A DNA stretch of 60,006 nt from a virus (IMGVR_UViG_3300044724_005967:1-60006), one strand, 5' to 3'. Counted from the stretch's first letter, positions 9,151 through 19,484 are shown. The notes: generated from the sequence alone by a model not told the origin. Program-made: numbers and translations.

Positions 9151-9435
9151 ATGGCTGAGACACAAGCATCAAGACTTGATCGTATTGAGGTCAAGATTGA
9201 TAAACTATCTGACGCAATGATCTCTCTTGCTCGTGCTGAAGAGAAACTTATTGCCATAGAGCAGAATAATCATGCTAACTTTGAACGGCTCAATCGCTTC
9301 TCTGCTAAGCTGGATGATATAGAGAAGAAGGTTGATGACAATGCTCATACCGTCCAAATCATCAATCGACTGTTTTGGATTGTAGCAGTAGCTATCGCGT
9401 CTGTAGTGGTATCACAGCATTTCCCATTTGTTTAA
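9151..9435 (+). CDS. Coiled-coil protein with C-terminal TM helix (possible holin-like)
   Basis: Heptad-rich N-terminus, hydrophobic LFWIVAVAIASVVV. Confidence 0.45.
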   Translation: MAETQASRLDRIEVKIDKLSDAMISLARAEEKLIAIEQNNHANFERLNRFSAKLDDIEKKVDDNAHTVQIINRLFWIVAVAIASVVVSQHFPFV

Positions 9436-9438
9436 ACA

Positions 9439-9466
9439 TGTACATTCCCTGACCCTGCGGTATAAT
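9439..9466 (+). promoter_or_regulatory. Sigma70-type early promoter
   Basis: TGTACA-N16-TATAAT upstream of primase. Confidence 0.65.
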
Positions 9467-9494
9467 AGCTATATCGCTATTCAGGTATTTTATT

Positions 9495-10508
9495 ATGTGG
9501 CTAGAACAAAAATATATTGGTTTAATCTCCAACCGATTAGATCGATTTAAGAGGGTTAAGGCTCAACACTATAACTTCAGGTGCCCCGTTTGTGGAGACT
9601 CCCGAAAAAATAAGTACAAAGCACGTGGTTGGATATTTCCGAAAGACGATGGCGGATTTTTGTACCATTGTCATAATTGTAGTATCACTTTGGGTATCGA
9701 TAAGTTACTTGAGTTCGTCGATCCAATAGTATATCAGGAATTCATCCGCGAAAAGATCAGCGATAATCTGACCCCGCAAGAGCGGAAGGTGACAGAGGCC
9801 GAAGTACTGGCTATCAAAATGAAACCCCCTCAGTTCGTTAAGTCTAGCGAGCTAAAAAACCTTAAAAAAATCTCACAATTATCTCACAACCATCCCGCTA
9901 AAGTATATATAAACAAGAGACGGATTCCTACTCCATATCATGCTAAGCTGTTCTATGCTCCGCGGTTTAAACAATTCGTTAATAGCGTGATACCAGGAAA
10001 GTTTGATAAGTTAGATAATGATGAACCACGTCTCATTATACCGTTTCTCGATGAGGATAAAAAGCTTTTCGGGTTTCAAGGACGATCCTTTCGTAAAGAT
10101 GGCATACGGTATATAACAATAATGATCGACACAAAAAAGTCGAAAGTATTTGGCTTAGATACATGCGATCGCTCAAAAATACACTACATTCTTGAAGGTC
10201 CAATTGATTCGATGTTTGTAGATAACTCTATTGCAATGGCTGGCGGTTCTATTGATTGGGATTTAGTGAATGAAAACAGCGTTTTTGTTTACGATAATGA
10301 ACCGCGTTCTAAAGAAACATGTGCTAAGATTGAGAAGACAATAGATAAAGGATATAAGGTGGCCATATTCCCGGAGTCAATCAAATCAAAAGATATAAAT
10401 GATATGATTTTAAACTCGGAGACTATGTACATTGATGCTGTTTTAAGAGATAATATATCTTCTGGTCTTGAAGCAAAAATACACTACACAGCGTGGAAAA
10501 GAATATGA
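9495..10508 (+). CDS. gp61: DNA primase (T4 gp61-like)
   Basis: NFRCPVCGDS...CHNC zinc finger, FQGR, TOPRIM EGPIDS and DNEPR, KDINDM. Confidence 0.93.
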   Translation: MWLEQKYIGLISNRLDRFKRVKAQHYNFRCPVCGDSRKNKYKARGWIFPKDDGGFLYHCHNCSITLGIDKLLEFVDPIVYQEFIREKISDNLTPQERKVTEAEVLAIKMKPPQFVKSSELKNLKKISQLSHNHPAKVYINKRRIPTPYHAKLFYAPRFKQFVNSVIPGKFDKLDNDEPRLIIPFLDEDKKLFGFQGRSFRKDGIRYITIMIDTKKSKVFGLDTCDRSKIHYILEGPIDSMFVDNSIAMAGGSIDWDLVNENSVFVYDNEPRSKETCAKIEKTIDKGYKVAIFPESIKSKDINDMILNSETMYIDAVLRDNISSGLEAKIHYTAWKRI

Positions 10509-10741
10509 AACAAGATGTATTGACGACATACTATAGTGATGACGGAGATCGTATGGCGGAAGTATTTAAAGATACGTATCATTATGGTGTTTTTATGTAT
10601 GAGAAAGAAACAAAAGCATGGGGCCATGGACAATATGTTAAACGTCGTACCGAACTGCTAGAAAATCATTCAATATATTATGCTGAAGATTTAGCTGAAA
10701 ACTATGTAAAAAAATGGGGCGCATTTAAAGATGTCAATTGA
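10505..10741 (+). CDS. Hypothetical protein
   Basis: ATGA overlap with primase stop; YAEDLAENYV motif. Confidence 0.5.
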   Translation: MKQDVLTTYYSDDGDRMAEVFKDTYHYGVFMYEKETKAWGHGQYVKRRTELLENHSIYYAEDLAENYVKKWGAFKDVN

Positions 10742-10946
10742 AATGACTGTTTTTGTTACAGTTGCATTGATGTTTATCTCATACTATGTGGGCAATCTCA
10801 TCGGAAAAGCAGAAGCATATCACGCAGGATTTTTAGTTGGTGCCAGTAACGGCATTGATAAAATTTTACAAGTTCTAAAAAAAGATTACGGTATCATTAT
10901 GGGATATGATGATATTGTGATTGAATCAAACAATAAGGCAGAATAA
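10731..10946 (+). CDS. Small membrane protein
   Basis: N-terminal hydrophobic helix. Confidence 0.45.
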   Translation: MSIEMTVFVTVALMFISYYVGNLIGKAEAYHAGFLVGASNGIDKILQVLKKDYGIIMGYDDIVIESNNKAE

Positions 10947-11383
10947 TGTTCAGATATAATTGCATAATTCGCAGAGTGGTCGATGGAGACACTGTGGATG
11001 TAGATATTGATCTCGGTTTTGGGATTTGGCAACACAAAGAAAGAGTTCGTATTCATGGCATCGACACACCAGAATCTCGTACTCGAGACAAAGTCGAAAA
11101 GCAATTTGGTTTGCTAGCAAAAAAGTTTGTAGAAAAAATTCTACCGGTTGGTTCAAAGCAAACTCTTGTCACTGAAAAGGCTGGTGACGAGTCGAAAGGC
11201 AAGTTTGGTAGAATACTTGGTAAATTTCAAGTATATGATGCAGAAACTGATGCATCCATGTTCTTAGGAGATATTATGATCCGCGAAGGTCATGCAGTTC
11301 CTTACTTCGGTATGAGTAAGGACGACTTAAAGGAGGCACATCTTGCCAATCGTCAAAAACTGCATGAACGCGGAGTTATCTAA
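10946..11383 (+). CDS. Staphylococcal nuclease (SNase)-like protein
   Basis: RVVDGDTVD, RIHGIDTPE, KFGRILG. Confidence 0.85.
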   Translation: MFRYNCIIRRVVDGDTVDVDIDLGFGIWQHKERVRIHGIDTPESRTRDKVEKQFGLLAKKFVEKILPVGSKQTLVTEKAGDESKGKFGRILGKFQVYDAETDASMFLGDIMIREGHAVPYFGMSKDDLKEAHLANRQKLHERGVI

Positions 11384-13695
11384 TGATTCAAAATATCATT
11401 AATGTTACCAAGAGAGACGGTGTCAAAGAAGGACTAGATTTAGAAAAATTCCATCGCGTTGCTGCTTATGCTTGTGATGGTTTAAACGGCGTATCTGCTT
11501 CTGAATTAGAAATTAAAACTCATATTCAGTTTTACAATAACATCAAAACTGTCGACGTACAGGAAATGTTGATTAAAGCTGCTGCAGATCTAATTACAGA
11601 AGAATCACCGAACTATCAATATGTAGCAGGCCGTCTTATCAATTATGGGCTGCGCAAAGAAGTCTATGGTCAATTCGATCCTCCTTCGTTAGTCGAGCAT
11701 ATTATTAACCAAATTGCTGCGTTTAGGTATGATCCTGTACTAATGAAAAAATATAGTCGGGAAGACATTGAATATTTCCAGTCAAAGATCGATCATGACC
11801 GCGACTTTGCATTAACGTATGCTGCAATGGAACAGATGCGTGGTAAATATCTTGTTAAAGATCGTGTGACTGGCGAAATCTTTGAAACACCTCAAATGGC
11901 AATGATGTGTATTGCTATGACATTGTTTGCAGATTATGAAAAGAGTAGAATGGACTGGGTAGTAAAGCTATATAATGCACTCAGTAATTTTGACATCAGT
12001 CTGCCTACACCAATTATGGCGGGAGTACGAACGCCTCAACGACAGTTCTCGTCTTGCGTACTTATCGAGACTGATGATTCATTGGATTCTATTAATGCAA
12101 CAGCTTCGTCAGTGGTTAAATATGTTTCTCAAAAAGCTGGTATCGGCATCGGTGCCGGTCGCATCCGTGCTTTGGGTTCTGCTGTGCGCAACGGTGATAC
12201 TAGTCATACTGGTATTATCCCCTTTCTTAAGTATTTTCAAAGTGCTGTTAAGTCTTGTAGTCAAGGCGGCGTCCGTGGTGGGGCGGCAACTATATATTAC
12301 CCCATCTGGCACCTCGAAGTAGAAGATCTATTAGTACTGAAGAACAACAAAGGTACTGAAGAGAATCGAGTCCGCAATATGGACTACGGTGTACAGTTTA
12401 ATCAGGTCATGTATGAGCGCCTTGTCAAAGGACAAGATATCACGTTGTTCTCACCGCATGATTGTCCTGATATGTATGAAGCATTCTTTGTTGACACTGA
12501 CAAGTTCCGCGAATTGTATGAGAAGTACGAGCGTAAGACATCTATCAATAAGAAGACTGTTCCAGCTCGTGATCTCTTTGCACATTTTATGCAAGAACGA
12601 AAGGACACTGGTCGTATCTACTTGATGAATGTTGATAACGCAAACGATCACGGCGCATTTAAGAAAGAGCTTGCACCAATTCGTCAGTCAAATCTTTGTT
12701 GCGAAATTAATTTGCCTACGACACCACTTAAAAGCTTAGAAGATGAGAATGGTGAGATTAGTCTTTGTACTCTTGCAGCTATCAATTGGGGTAATATCAA
12801 GAAGCCGACAGATTTTGCACTGCCAGCAGAATTGGCTGTTCGTGCATTAGATGCGTTACTCGATTATCAAGATTATCCAGTTAAAGCAGCTTTTGTAGGC
12901 TCTATGAATCGTCGACCGCTTGGCGTCGGTATTATTAACTTTGCTCATTGGCTTGCAAAGAATGATACGAATTATCAAAACCCAAACCTCGAATTAGTAC
13001 ACGAATATGCGGAAGCATGGTCATACTACTTAATTCAAGCATCTGCTATACTTGCTGCTGAGAAAGGAGCGTGTTTGAAATCAGACGAAACGAAGTATCA
13101 TGACGGTGTGTTGCCTATCGACACTTATAAGACGACTGTCGACGAGTTGGCAAAGCCGGATTACAAGATGCCATGGGATGAACTTCGAAGTCTGCTCAAA
13201 GAAGTTGGCATACGTAACTCAACACTGATGGCATTGATGCCAGCTGAGACGTCTGCGCAGATCAGTAATAGTACGAATGGTATTGAACCTCCTCGCTCAC
13301 TCATCTCTGTGAAGCAATCAAAAGACGGTGTGCTGAAGCAAGTTGTGCCTCAGATTGGTCGATTAAAGAATAAGTATGATTTACTTTGGGAACAAAAATC
13401 TCCTGAAGGTTATCTTAAGATCATGGCTGTTTTACAAAAGTTTATTGATCAAGGTATCTCAGTGAATACTAGCTACAATCCTCTGCATTACGATGAAGAA
13501 AAGATTCCGCTGTCACTAATGATGCAACATATGTTGATGTTCTATAAGTATGGTGGTAAGCAACTCTATTATAATAACACTTATGACGGAGCCGGCGAAA
13601 TCACAGATGAACGCGATCCTCCTACTGAAGAAGTAGAAGAAGGTGCAGCATGTGATTGGCAAAACCCTGATGATTGTGACGCCTGTAAGATATGA
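11383..13695 (+). CDS. nrdA: Ribonucleotide reductase class Ia alpha subunit
   Basis: N-terminal ATP cone (VTKRDG), SSCVL, QGGVRGG, QSNLCCEI, LMPAETS, C-terminal CDACKI. Confidence 0.97.
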   Translation: MIQNIINVTKRDGVKEGLDLEKFHRVAAYACDGLNGVSASELEIKTHIQFYNNIKTVDVQEMLIKAAADLITEESPNYQYVAGRLINYGLRKEVYGQFDPPSLVEHIINQIAAFRYDPVLMKKYSREDIEYFQSKIDHDRDFALTYAAMEQMRGKYLVKDRVTGEIFETPQMAMMCIAMTLFADYEKSRMDWVVKLYNALSNFDISLPTPIMAGVRTPQRQFSSCVLIETDDSLDSINATASSVVKYVSQKAGIGIGAGRIRALGSAVRNGDTSHTGIIPFLKYFQSAVKSCSQGGVRGGAATIYYPIWHLEVEDLLVLKNNKGTEENRVRNMDYGVQFNQVMYERLVKGQDITLFSPHDCPDMYEAFFVDTDKFRELYEKYERKTSINKKTVPARDLFAHFMQERKDTGRIYLMNVDNANDHGAFKKELAPIRQSNLCCEINLPTTPLKSLEDENGEISLCTLAAINWGNIKKPTDFALPAELAVRALDALLDYQDYPVKAAFVGSMNRRPLGVGIINFAHWLAKNDTNYQNPNLELVHEYAEAWSYYLIQASAILAAEKGACLKSDETKYHDGVLPIDTYKTTVDELAKPDYKMPWDELRSLLKEVGIRNSTLMALMPAETSAQISNSTNGIEPPRSLISVKQSKDGVLKQVVPQIGRLKNKYDLLWEQKSPEGYLKIMAVLQKFIDQGISVNTSYNPLHYDEEKIPLSLMMQHMLMFYKYGGKQLYYNNTYDGAGEITDERDPPTEEVEEGAACDWQNPDDCDACKI

Positions 13696-13841
13696 AACAC
13701 TTAGAAGAAAATAACGTTACATATTTTCAACATTTACGTTTTGCTTGGACTGTAGCGTTTATTCTTCTAATACATGGTCTCTTACCTTTTTTATGGACTG
13801 ATCGCGGAACTCAACTACTCTGTAAAGAAGAGGATCACTAG
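13692..13841 (+). CDS. 49-aa hydrophobic microprotein (not in ORF track)
   Basis: MKHLEENNVTYFQHLRFAW...IHGLLPF; coupled at both ends. Confidence 0.55.
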   Translation: MKHLEENNVTYFQHLRFAWTVAFILLIHGLLPFLWTDRGTQLLCKEEDH

Positions 13842-14674
13842 TGGCATTTCTAGTACATAATCTACCGCCTACACCAGTGATGGTTCGTAAAGAGTATTTG
13901 TATGATCTCGAAAAAGGTCATGGCGAATATACACCTGGTATTTGGATTTCAATCAAATCAATAATGGGCAAAGCATTGTATTTCGAAACATTGCTAACAG
14001 ATTATGGTGCACTTTACGATAAGCTACCGTTGTCTGCCTTCGTCTGGAAAGAAGATCACGGCGATTTACCGTTAGATGTGTTACAATTATGGGATTGCTT
14101 TGACTATGACATCACTGTCATTGAGAAACCTTTATTGTCTCGCTGCGAATATTTTGGTAAAGATAAGCAGATGCATCAAGGTGAGTACATGTTTACGATG
14201 GACAATTGTCATAGAGATAAGAACGTTTTAGACCAAAACTTTAGTGAGCACGATCCCGAACATAAGTCATTTAATATTATTAAGCTTGATAACGGCCAGT
14301 TTGCTGCTCAACCAAATAATAGAGTGATCTGGCGTGATGCCAGTTTGACACCCGATGAGTTGCTACAACCAGATTTTAAAGTATGCACACAGAACTATGC
14401 CGTCGAGGTAGAACCGAAGTGGTTTGTTGGACATACAGACGAATGGCAATATAAAACGAAAGAAGAAGCACTACTAGAAGCAAACGAAAAATATTCAGAA
14501 ACACTTGATGCTTTAAAAGATGACTACGCTGAGTTTGAGCGAAGATACAAAGAAAGTTTAGAAGATTATACAAGAGTGAGAGCAGATAATGAGCGATATC
14601 GATATCGAAAGAAAGTCGCTAAGCGAAGAAGAAATTCAGAATCTAACGTCAATCGAATTGACGGAGATAGCTGA
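13841..14674 (+). CDS. Conserved phage hypothetical protein
   Basis: LQLWDCFDY and LDNGQFAAQPNNR motifs; 277 aa. Confidence 0.55.
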   Translation: MAFLVHNLPPTPVMVRKEYLYDLEKGHGEYTPGIWISIKSIMGKALYFETLLTDYGALYDKLPLSAFVWKEDHGDLPLDVLQLWDCFDYDITVIEKPLLSRCEYFGKDKQMHQGEYMFTMDNCHRDKNVLDQNFSEHDPEHKSFNIIKLDNGQFAAQPNNRVIWRDASLTPDELLQPDFKVCTQNYAVEVEPKWFVGHTDEWQYKTKEEALLEANEKYSETLDALKDDYAEFERRYKESLEDYTRVRADNERYRYRKKVAKRRRNSESNVNRIDGDS

Positions 14675-14945
14675 AGCACACGATCAGATTTTTGAAGCAG
14701 TAACACCTAAAAATACTATTGATTGGTATTTGAAGTGGGCATCAAGCATAATTATATTAGGAGCCATATCAGTCCGAGCCTCCGGCGTACCTGAATTAAT
14801 ATGGATTGATATGTTATTATCATGGATAGGCGCGTGTGGATGGTTCGTTGTATCTTACATGTGGAGAGACCGAGCATTGATTCTTTTGAATGGTGTAATC
14901 GGCATCGTCCTGTTTTCAGGCCTTATTAACTATTTTTTTGGATAA
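14589..14945 (+). CDS. Three-TM membrane protein
   Basis: DWYLKW...WRDRALILLN; three hydrophobic segments. Confidence 0.55.
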   Translation: MSDIDIERKSLSEEEIQNLTSIELTEIAEAHDQIFEAVTPKNTIDWYLKWASSIIILGAISVRASGVPELIWIDMLLSWIGACGWFVVSYMWRDRALILLNGVIGIVLFSGLINYFFG

Positions 14946-14950
14946 CTTAA

Positions 14951-15994
14951 ATGTCCGTATTTCATACAGATAAAATTGATTTTACAACACAGCCAGCATT
15001 CTTTGGTCCTCGTGTAAACATTGCACGCTATGACAAGCAACGCTATCGTATCTTTGAGTCGCTTACCGATAAACAACTGGGTTTCTTTTGGCGGCCAGAA
15101 GAGGTTGATGTAACTCGCGATAGCAAAGACTTTAAGAATCTGACTGAGCATGAGCAACATATTTTTACGAGCAATCTAAAGCGACAGATTCTACTCGACT
15201 CAGTACAAGGGCGAGGTCCCGTTGAGACGTTCATGCCTTTGTGTTCGTTACCCGAACTTGAGAACTGGCTCGTTACATGGGCCTTCAGCGAGACCATCCA
15301 TTCACGATCATATACACATATCATTCGAAATATCTACAGTGATCCATCTAAGGTATTTGATGAGATGTTGGACATTAAAGAAATTGTAGACTGCGCAGAA
15401 TCGATTAGTAAATATTATGATAATCTTGCTGACTATCCATCAAAAGAAAATTTATGGTTGGCAATTAATGCAGTTAACGCGCTTGAAGGTATTCGCTTCT
15501 ATGTTTCGTTTGCATGTAGTTGGGCATTTGCTGAGCTGAAGAAGATGGAAGGCAATGCAAAGATTATTAAGTTTATTGCACGAGATGAGAATGTGCACAT
15601 GGCATCAACGCAACAGCTGATTAAGCTATTACCAAAAGAAGATAAACAGTATGCCCAAATTGCTATAGATACAAAGGATCAAGTAAAACAAATTTTCCGT
15701 GAAGTACTCGATCAAGAAAAAGCATGGGCAGAATATCTGTTTAAAGAAGGTTCAATGATTGGGCTGAATGCAGAGCTCTTGTGTGAGTATGTGGAGTGGC
15801 TAGGTAATAAGCGTATGTATGCCATTGGATTATCAAATGAGCGAGGCGGATCTGATCCACTGCCTTGGACACAGAAGTGGATTAGTGGTGCTGATGTGCA
15901 AGTTGCACCGCAAGAAACTGAAATAACATCGTATATCGTTGGTGGAATTAAAAAGGATCTCGACGACGATACGTTTAAGGACTTTTCTTTCTAA
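14951..15994 (+). CDS. nrdB: Ribonucleotide reductase class Ia beta subunit
   Basis: FFWRPEEVD, ETIHSRSYTH, LEGIRFYVSFAC, RDENVH, QVAPQETEITSY. Confidence 0.97.
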   Translation: MSVFHTDKIDFTTQPAFFGPRVNIARYDKQRYRIFESLTDKQLGFFWRPEEVDVTRDSKDFKNLTEHEQHIFTSNLKRQILLDSVQGRGPVETFMPLCSLPELENWLVTWAFSETIHSRSYTHIIRNIYSDPSKVFDEMLDIKEIVDCAESISKYYDNLADYPSKENLWLAINAVNALEGIRFYVSFACSWAFAELKKMEGNAKIIKFIARDENVHMASTQQLIKLLPKEDKQYAQIAIDTKDQVKQIFREVLDQEKAWAEYLFKEGSMIGLNAELLCEYVEWLGNKRMYAIGLSNERGGSDPLPWTQKWISGADVQVAPQETEITSYIVGGIKKDLDDDTFKDFSF

Positions 15995-16707
15995 TGAATA
16001 ACTTTCAAACAAAGGTACTATGGGAACTGTTTGACGAAATTGCGGGTGATGAACCAATCACTCACGATCTTTTTACATCAGTAGAGCTATTGCATATTGG
16101 TGAAAACTATATCAGTGATTTTACAGATCTCGAAATGAGATTTGACGCAATGGACATCAACGAAAGACCTCGCGATCTACACGAGATGTATGAGTTGCTA
16201 GGTAATAAGAAGACTATCATCATGCATGATGAATTTCAAGATGTAGACTTTAATAAGCATTTTGAATGGACAAGAGAAAAACCATTTGATATTATCTACA
16301 ATTGTGGTAAGTCTCCTCACGTCTTTAATCAATATGCATTCTTTGACAATGTACATCGCTTAGCGGGCATTGGTACATACATGATTCACTCTGTGCCGTT
16401 CTTTTCTGCAGTCGAATCAACTATGTATACATATTCACCAGCTTTCTTTGCTAAACTGTGTGGGTATAATGGATATTCGATGCACTCTGCATTTATTGGT
16501 ACTACAACTGGTGAACGTTTCGAGAAATTAATTATTGAACCCGATTACGCAGGTAATACGTATGCAGAAAGACATAAGTTCTTTCATTGGGCAAATGGTG
16601 AAGATAAAGGATATAAGCGGCCTGCACACATTGCTGTCATACTAAAGAAAAAAGAAAATACCGAATTTAGAGCACCTGAGTATCGTAATGTACAAGAAGA
16701 CGATTAA
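15994..16707 (+). CDS. Methyltransferase-like protein
   Basis: VDFN...FDIIYNCG..PHVFNQ...GTYMIHSVP pattern resembles class I SAM-MTase strands. Confidence 0.45.
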   Translation: MNNFQTKVLWELFDEIAGDEPITHDLFTSVELLHIGENYISDFTDLEMRFDAMDINERPRDLHEMYELLGNKKTIIMHDEFQDVDFNKHFEWTREKPFDIIYNCGKSPHVFNQYAFFDNVHRLAGIGTYMIHSVPFFSAVESTMYTYSPAFFAKLCGYNGYSMHSAFIGTTTGERFEKLIIEPDYAGNTYAERHKFFHWANGEDKGYKRPAHIAVILKKKENTEFRAPEYRNVQEDD

Positions 16708-16858
16708 CTGTAGATCTTGTGAAGTCAAGTGTGATGTGATTATACGTCAGACTAATTTCGATGACGAAGAAATGCCAATCGAATTTTGTCCGATATGTAG
16801 CGCATCACTCGAAGACCAACAGTTTGAATATGATGATGATATGGAGTTAGAGTGGTGA
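16688..16858 (+). CDS. 56-aa zinc-ribbon microprotein (not in ORF track)
   Basis: MYKKTINCRSCEV...IEFCPICSAS...acidic tail; two CxxC pairs. Confidence 0.6.
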   Translation: MYKKTINCRSCEVKCDVIIRQTNFDDEEMPIEFCPICSASLEDQQFEYDDDMELEW

Positions 16859-17316
16859 CATACCCTGGTATTAGTTCGGCGTGGGATCGTAAGTTCTTAG
16901 AACTAGCAAAACACATTTCAACGTGGTCAAAAGACCCATCAAAAAAGATTGGTGCTGTAGCTGTTGGCAGCAATCGTAATATTCTTGCCACAGGATATAA
17001 TGGATTCCCAAAAGGAATACAAGATACTGAAGAAAGACTCAACGATCGCGAGACAAAATATGAACTCGTGGTACACGCTGAAATGAATTGTATATATAAT
17101 GCTGTAGAGAATGGAGTTTCACTAAAAGGTGCTCATCTCTTTGTATATGGATTACCTATCTGCCACGAATGTGCAAAAGGCGTAGTACAAGTTGGTATAG
17201 GTAGAGTAATCGTCGAAGATAGATTATGCGCCGAACAAAGGTGGTCAGACAGTTTTGCCAAATCAAAAAGAATCTTCTACGAAGGCAATGTCGTCGTTAA
17301 CTACTGCAAGCTATGA
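16852..17316 (+). CDS. cd: dCMP deaminase
   Basis: WSKDPS, GYNGFP, HAEMN, PICHECAK. Confidence 0.92.
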   Translation: MVTYPGISSAWDRKFLELAKHISTWSKDPSKKIGAVAVGSNRNILATGYNGFPKGIQDTEERLNDRETKYELVVHAEMNCIYNAVENGVSLKGAHLFVYGLPICHECAKGVVQVGIGRVIVEDRLCAEQRWSDSFAKSKRIFYEGNVVVNYCKL

Positions 17317-17737
17317 TAATCCATGGATACATCTACTAGAAGGTTGGACGCTTGAGTCAGAGCATGTACAAAACTTCTATGGTATGGTATATTTGTTAAT
17401 TAATAAAGAAACTAAACGCAAATATATTGGTAAGAAGTTTTTCTGGAGTAAGAAGACACTGCCTCCTCTCAAAGGTCAAAAGAGAAAAAGAAGATCATTA
17501 GTCGAATCAGACTGGAAAAAATACTACGGATCAAACAAAGAACTCAAAGAAGAGCTTGCTAAAGGTGTAGAGTTTGAACGATATGTTGTACAGTTGTGTG
17601 AAACAAAAACTGAGTGTGCATATTGGGAGATGGATTATCAGATCAGATGCGAAGCATTATTGACTGAAGAATACTATAATCAATTTATTGGTGGAAAGAT
17701 AAACGGAAAATGGCTGAAGAAGAAAGACACATTGTAG
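17288..17737 (+). CDS. GIY-YIG-like endonuclease
   Basis: YGMVYLLINKETKRKYIGKK, ESDWKKYYGS, YYN. Confidence 0.7.
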   Translation: MSSLTTASYDNPWIHLLEGWTLESEHVQNFYGMVYLLINKETKRKYIGKKFFWSKKTLPPLKGQKRKRRSLVESDWKKYYGSNKELKEELAKGVEFERYVVQLCETKTECAYWEMDYQIRCEALLTEEYYNQFIGGKINGKWLKKKDTL

Positions 17738-17946
17738 TAATTACCCAAGAAGGTTGTCCTCCTTGTGAGATGCTTAAGATGTACATTGAACAGAAAGGTG
17801 TAGAATGTTCGATGTTAGAAGTTGATACTGATATTTCGCGAGAGGCAATAGATAAAATTTGGCCGCAATGTGAAGGATTTCCCTTTGCAGTCGTTAATGG
17901 TCAAGATATTGGTGATTTAATGTTTTATTTAGAGAGTGGATTGTAA
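17710..17946 (+). CDS. Glutaredoxin-like protein
   Basis: CPPC active site, GFP cis-Pro, IG. Confidence 0.75.
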   Translation: MAEEERHIVVITQEGCPPCEMLKMYIEQKGVECSMLEVDTDISREAIDKIWPQCEGFPFAVVNGQDIGDLMFYLESGL

Positions 17947-18122
17947 TGTTAGACGTTCATAGAATTAAAAAGAGCAAGCAAATTGTTTATCCTTTAGGGA
18001 AATACGACAATAACTATACGTTGTGTCTAATTCCTTTGAAGCAGAAGACACGTAGAAATCTGCGTGGCCACGTACAAATTGTTCGTAATGATAATATTAT
18101 CAAGGATGGTGAAGATGGCTGA
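17946..18122 (+). CDS. 58-aa hypothetical protein (not in ORF track)
   Basis: MLDVHRIKKSKQIVYPLG...; TAATG coupling, fills the gap. Confidence 0.45.
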   Translation: MLDVHRIKKSKQIVYPLGKYDNNYTLCLIPLKQKTRRNLRGHVQIVRNDNIIKDGEDG

Positions 18123-19119
18123 GATACTTGCTGGAGAATTTAAGCGCAATGAGACCAATGAGAAATCAACGGGCGGTACTGAAGTACTCACTATGCGCGT
18201 TGCTGAACGAGCCGAACCCAAACTTTTAAAAGAATGTCAGATTGTATCAAGCCGAGTAAGAGAACTTGCCGATGATAAAATCCGAATCTTTTGGGCACAT
18301 GACTTACCTGGTGATCCTGAATCAAAGTTCTTAGAAACAGAACACGGTAAAAATAAGTTCCATAAGTTTGTATTTGTATCTAATTGGCAGATGCAAAGAT
18401 ATATCGATATGTACGGACTACCATGGAGTAAGTGCATAGTATTGCGTAACTTTATTGATCCAATCGAAGAGCACGTAAAGCCAGACGATGGTAAGATTAA
18501 TCTTATCTATCACACAACACCTCATCGTGGCCTTAATGTTCTAACTGCAGTTTTTAATAAATTAGTCGAAAAACATAATAATCTACACTTAGATGTATAT
18601 TCATCATTTAAGATATATGGTTGGGATCAGAGAGACAAAGATTTCGAGACTGTATTTAAAGCCATTGATGATCATCCTCAAATGACTAATCATGGATCAG
18701 TACCAAATGATGAAGTTCGAGAAGCACTAAAGAAGGCACATATTTTTGCATATCCTTCTACTTGGGCAGAAACTTCATGCATGTCTTTAATGGAAGCCAT
18801 GTCTGCAAAATGCATTTGTGTTCATTCAAATTTTGGTGCTCTTTATGAAACAGCATCACATTGGACTAATATGTATCAATACTATGAGCAACCAAATGCT
18901 CATGCCGGGGCCCTGTATAATATGTTAGATCTTACTATCGAACATTACAAAGCAATGTATCAAAATACTGGTCCTACAAAAGTTTATGCTGATACGTTCT
19001 ATTCATGGGAAAATAGATCGGCGGAATGGAACTCATTAATGAGCGCATTGATCTCAAATATAGAAGATAGATCTATTCCAAAAGATGAAGGTCCAATATT
19101 CAGTTACAGTACTGGATGA
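18115..19119 (+). CDS. GT4-like (GT-B) glycosyltransferase
   Basis: GGTE, WAHD, YHTTPHRGL, YPSTWAETSCMSLMEAM. Confidence 0.85.
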   Translation: MAEILAGEFKRNETNEKSTGGTEVLTMRVAERAEPKLLKECQIVSSRVRELADDKIRIFWAHDLPGDPESKFLETEHGKNKFHKFVFVSNWQMQRYIDMYGLPWSKCIVLRNFIDPIEEHVKPDDGKINLIYHTTPHRGLNVLTAVFNKLVEKHNNLHLDVYSSFKIYGWDQRDKDFETVFKAIDDHPQMTNHGSVPNDEVREALKKAHIFAYPSTWAETSCMSLMEAMSAKCICVHSNFGALYETASHWTNMYQYYEQPNAHAGALYNMLDLTIEHYKAMYQNTGPTKVYADTFYSWENRSAEWNSLMSALISNIEDRSIPKDEGPIFSYSTG

Positions 19120-19127
19120 TATAAATA
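19120..19127 (+). promoter_or_regulatory. T4-type late promoter
   Basis: Exact TATAAATA immediately after a stop codon. Confidence 0.6.
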
Positions 19128-19132
19128 TGTCT

Positions 19133-19453
19133 ATGAGTAATATCATAGAATTCCCAATAGAACGTCGTTACGAACAAATGGCCCATGAGGCAGGATTTGA
19201 CACGTACGATAAATCTGAATTAGCTGAAATTGAAACAGAAGCTTTTCTTGGCGAATTGTTACAGTCGATGTATCAAGAAAAATATAATGTAGCTGATGAA
19301 AACTACATTTATGATATATCTTTTTTGTATGAGTCTCTTAAATCTTTCGTATATAAGATGCATCAATGTGACCATCCTATTCAGATATTCGCCAAGAATT
19401 TATACTTCGATACTGAGATCCCAGATGACTCTCAACTGGAATTCGACTTTTAG
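19133..19453 (+). CDS. Hypothetical protein
   Basis: MSNIIEFP start; ESLKSFVYK...HPIQ. Confidence 0.5.
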   Translation: MSNIIEFPIERRYEQMAHEAGFDTYDKSELAEIETEAFLGELLQSMYQEKYNVADENYIYDISFLYESLKSFVYKMHQCDHPIQIFAKNLYFDTEIPDDSQLEFDF

Positions 19454-19454
19454 G

Positions 19455-19484
19455 GTTTACAAAGCCACTTTTATTTGGTAGAAT
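19455..19484 (+). promoter_or_regulatory. T4-type early promoter
   Basis: GTTTACA-N17-TAGAAT upstream of rnh. Confidence 0.7.

Noticed and set aside
11383-15994. Intein or intron in nrdA/nrdB
   Set aside because: Both ORFs are continuous and normal length (770 and 347 aa).
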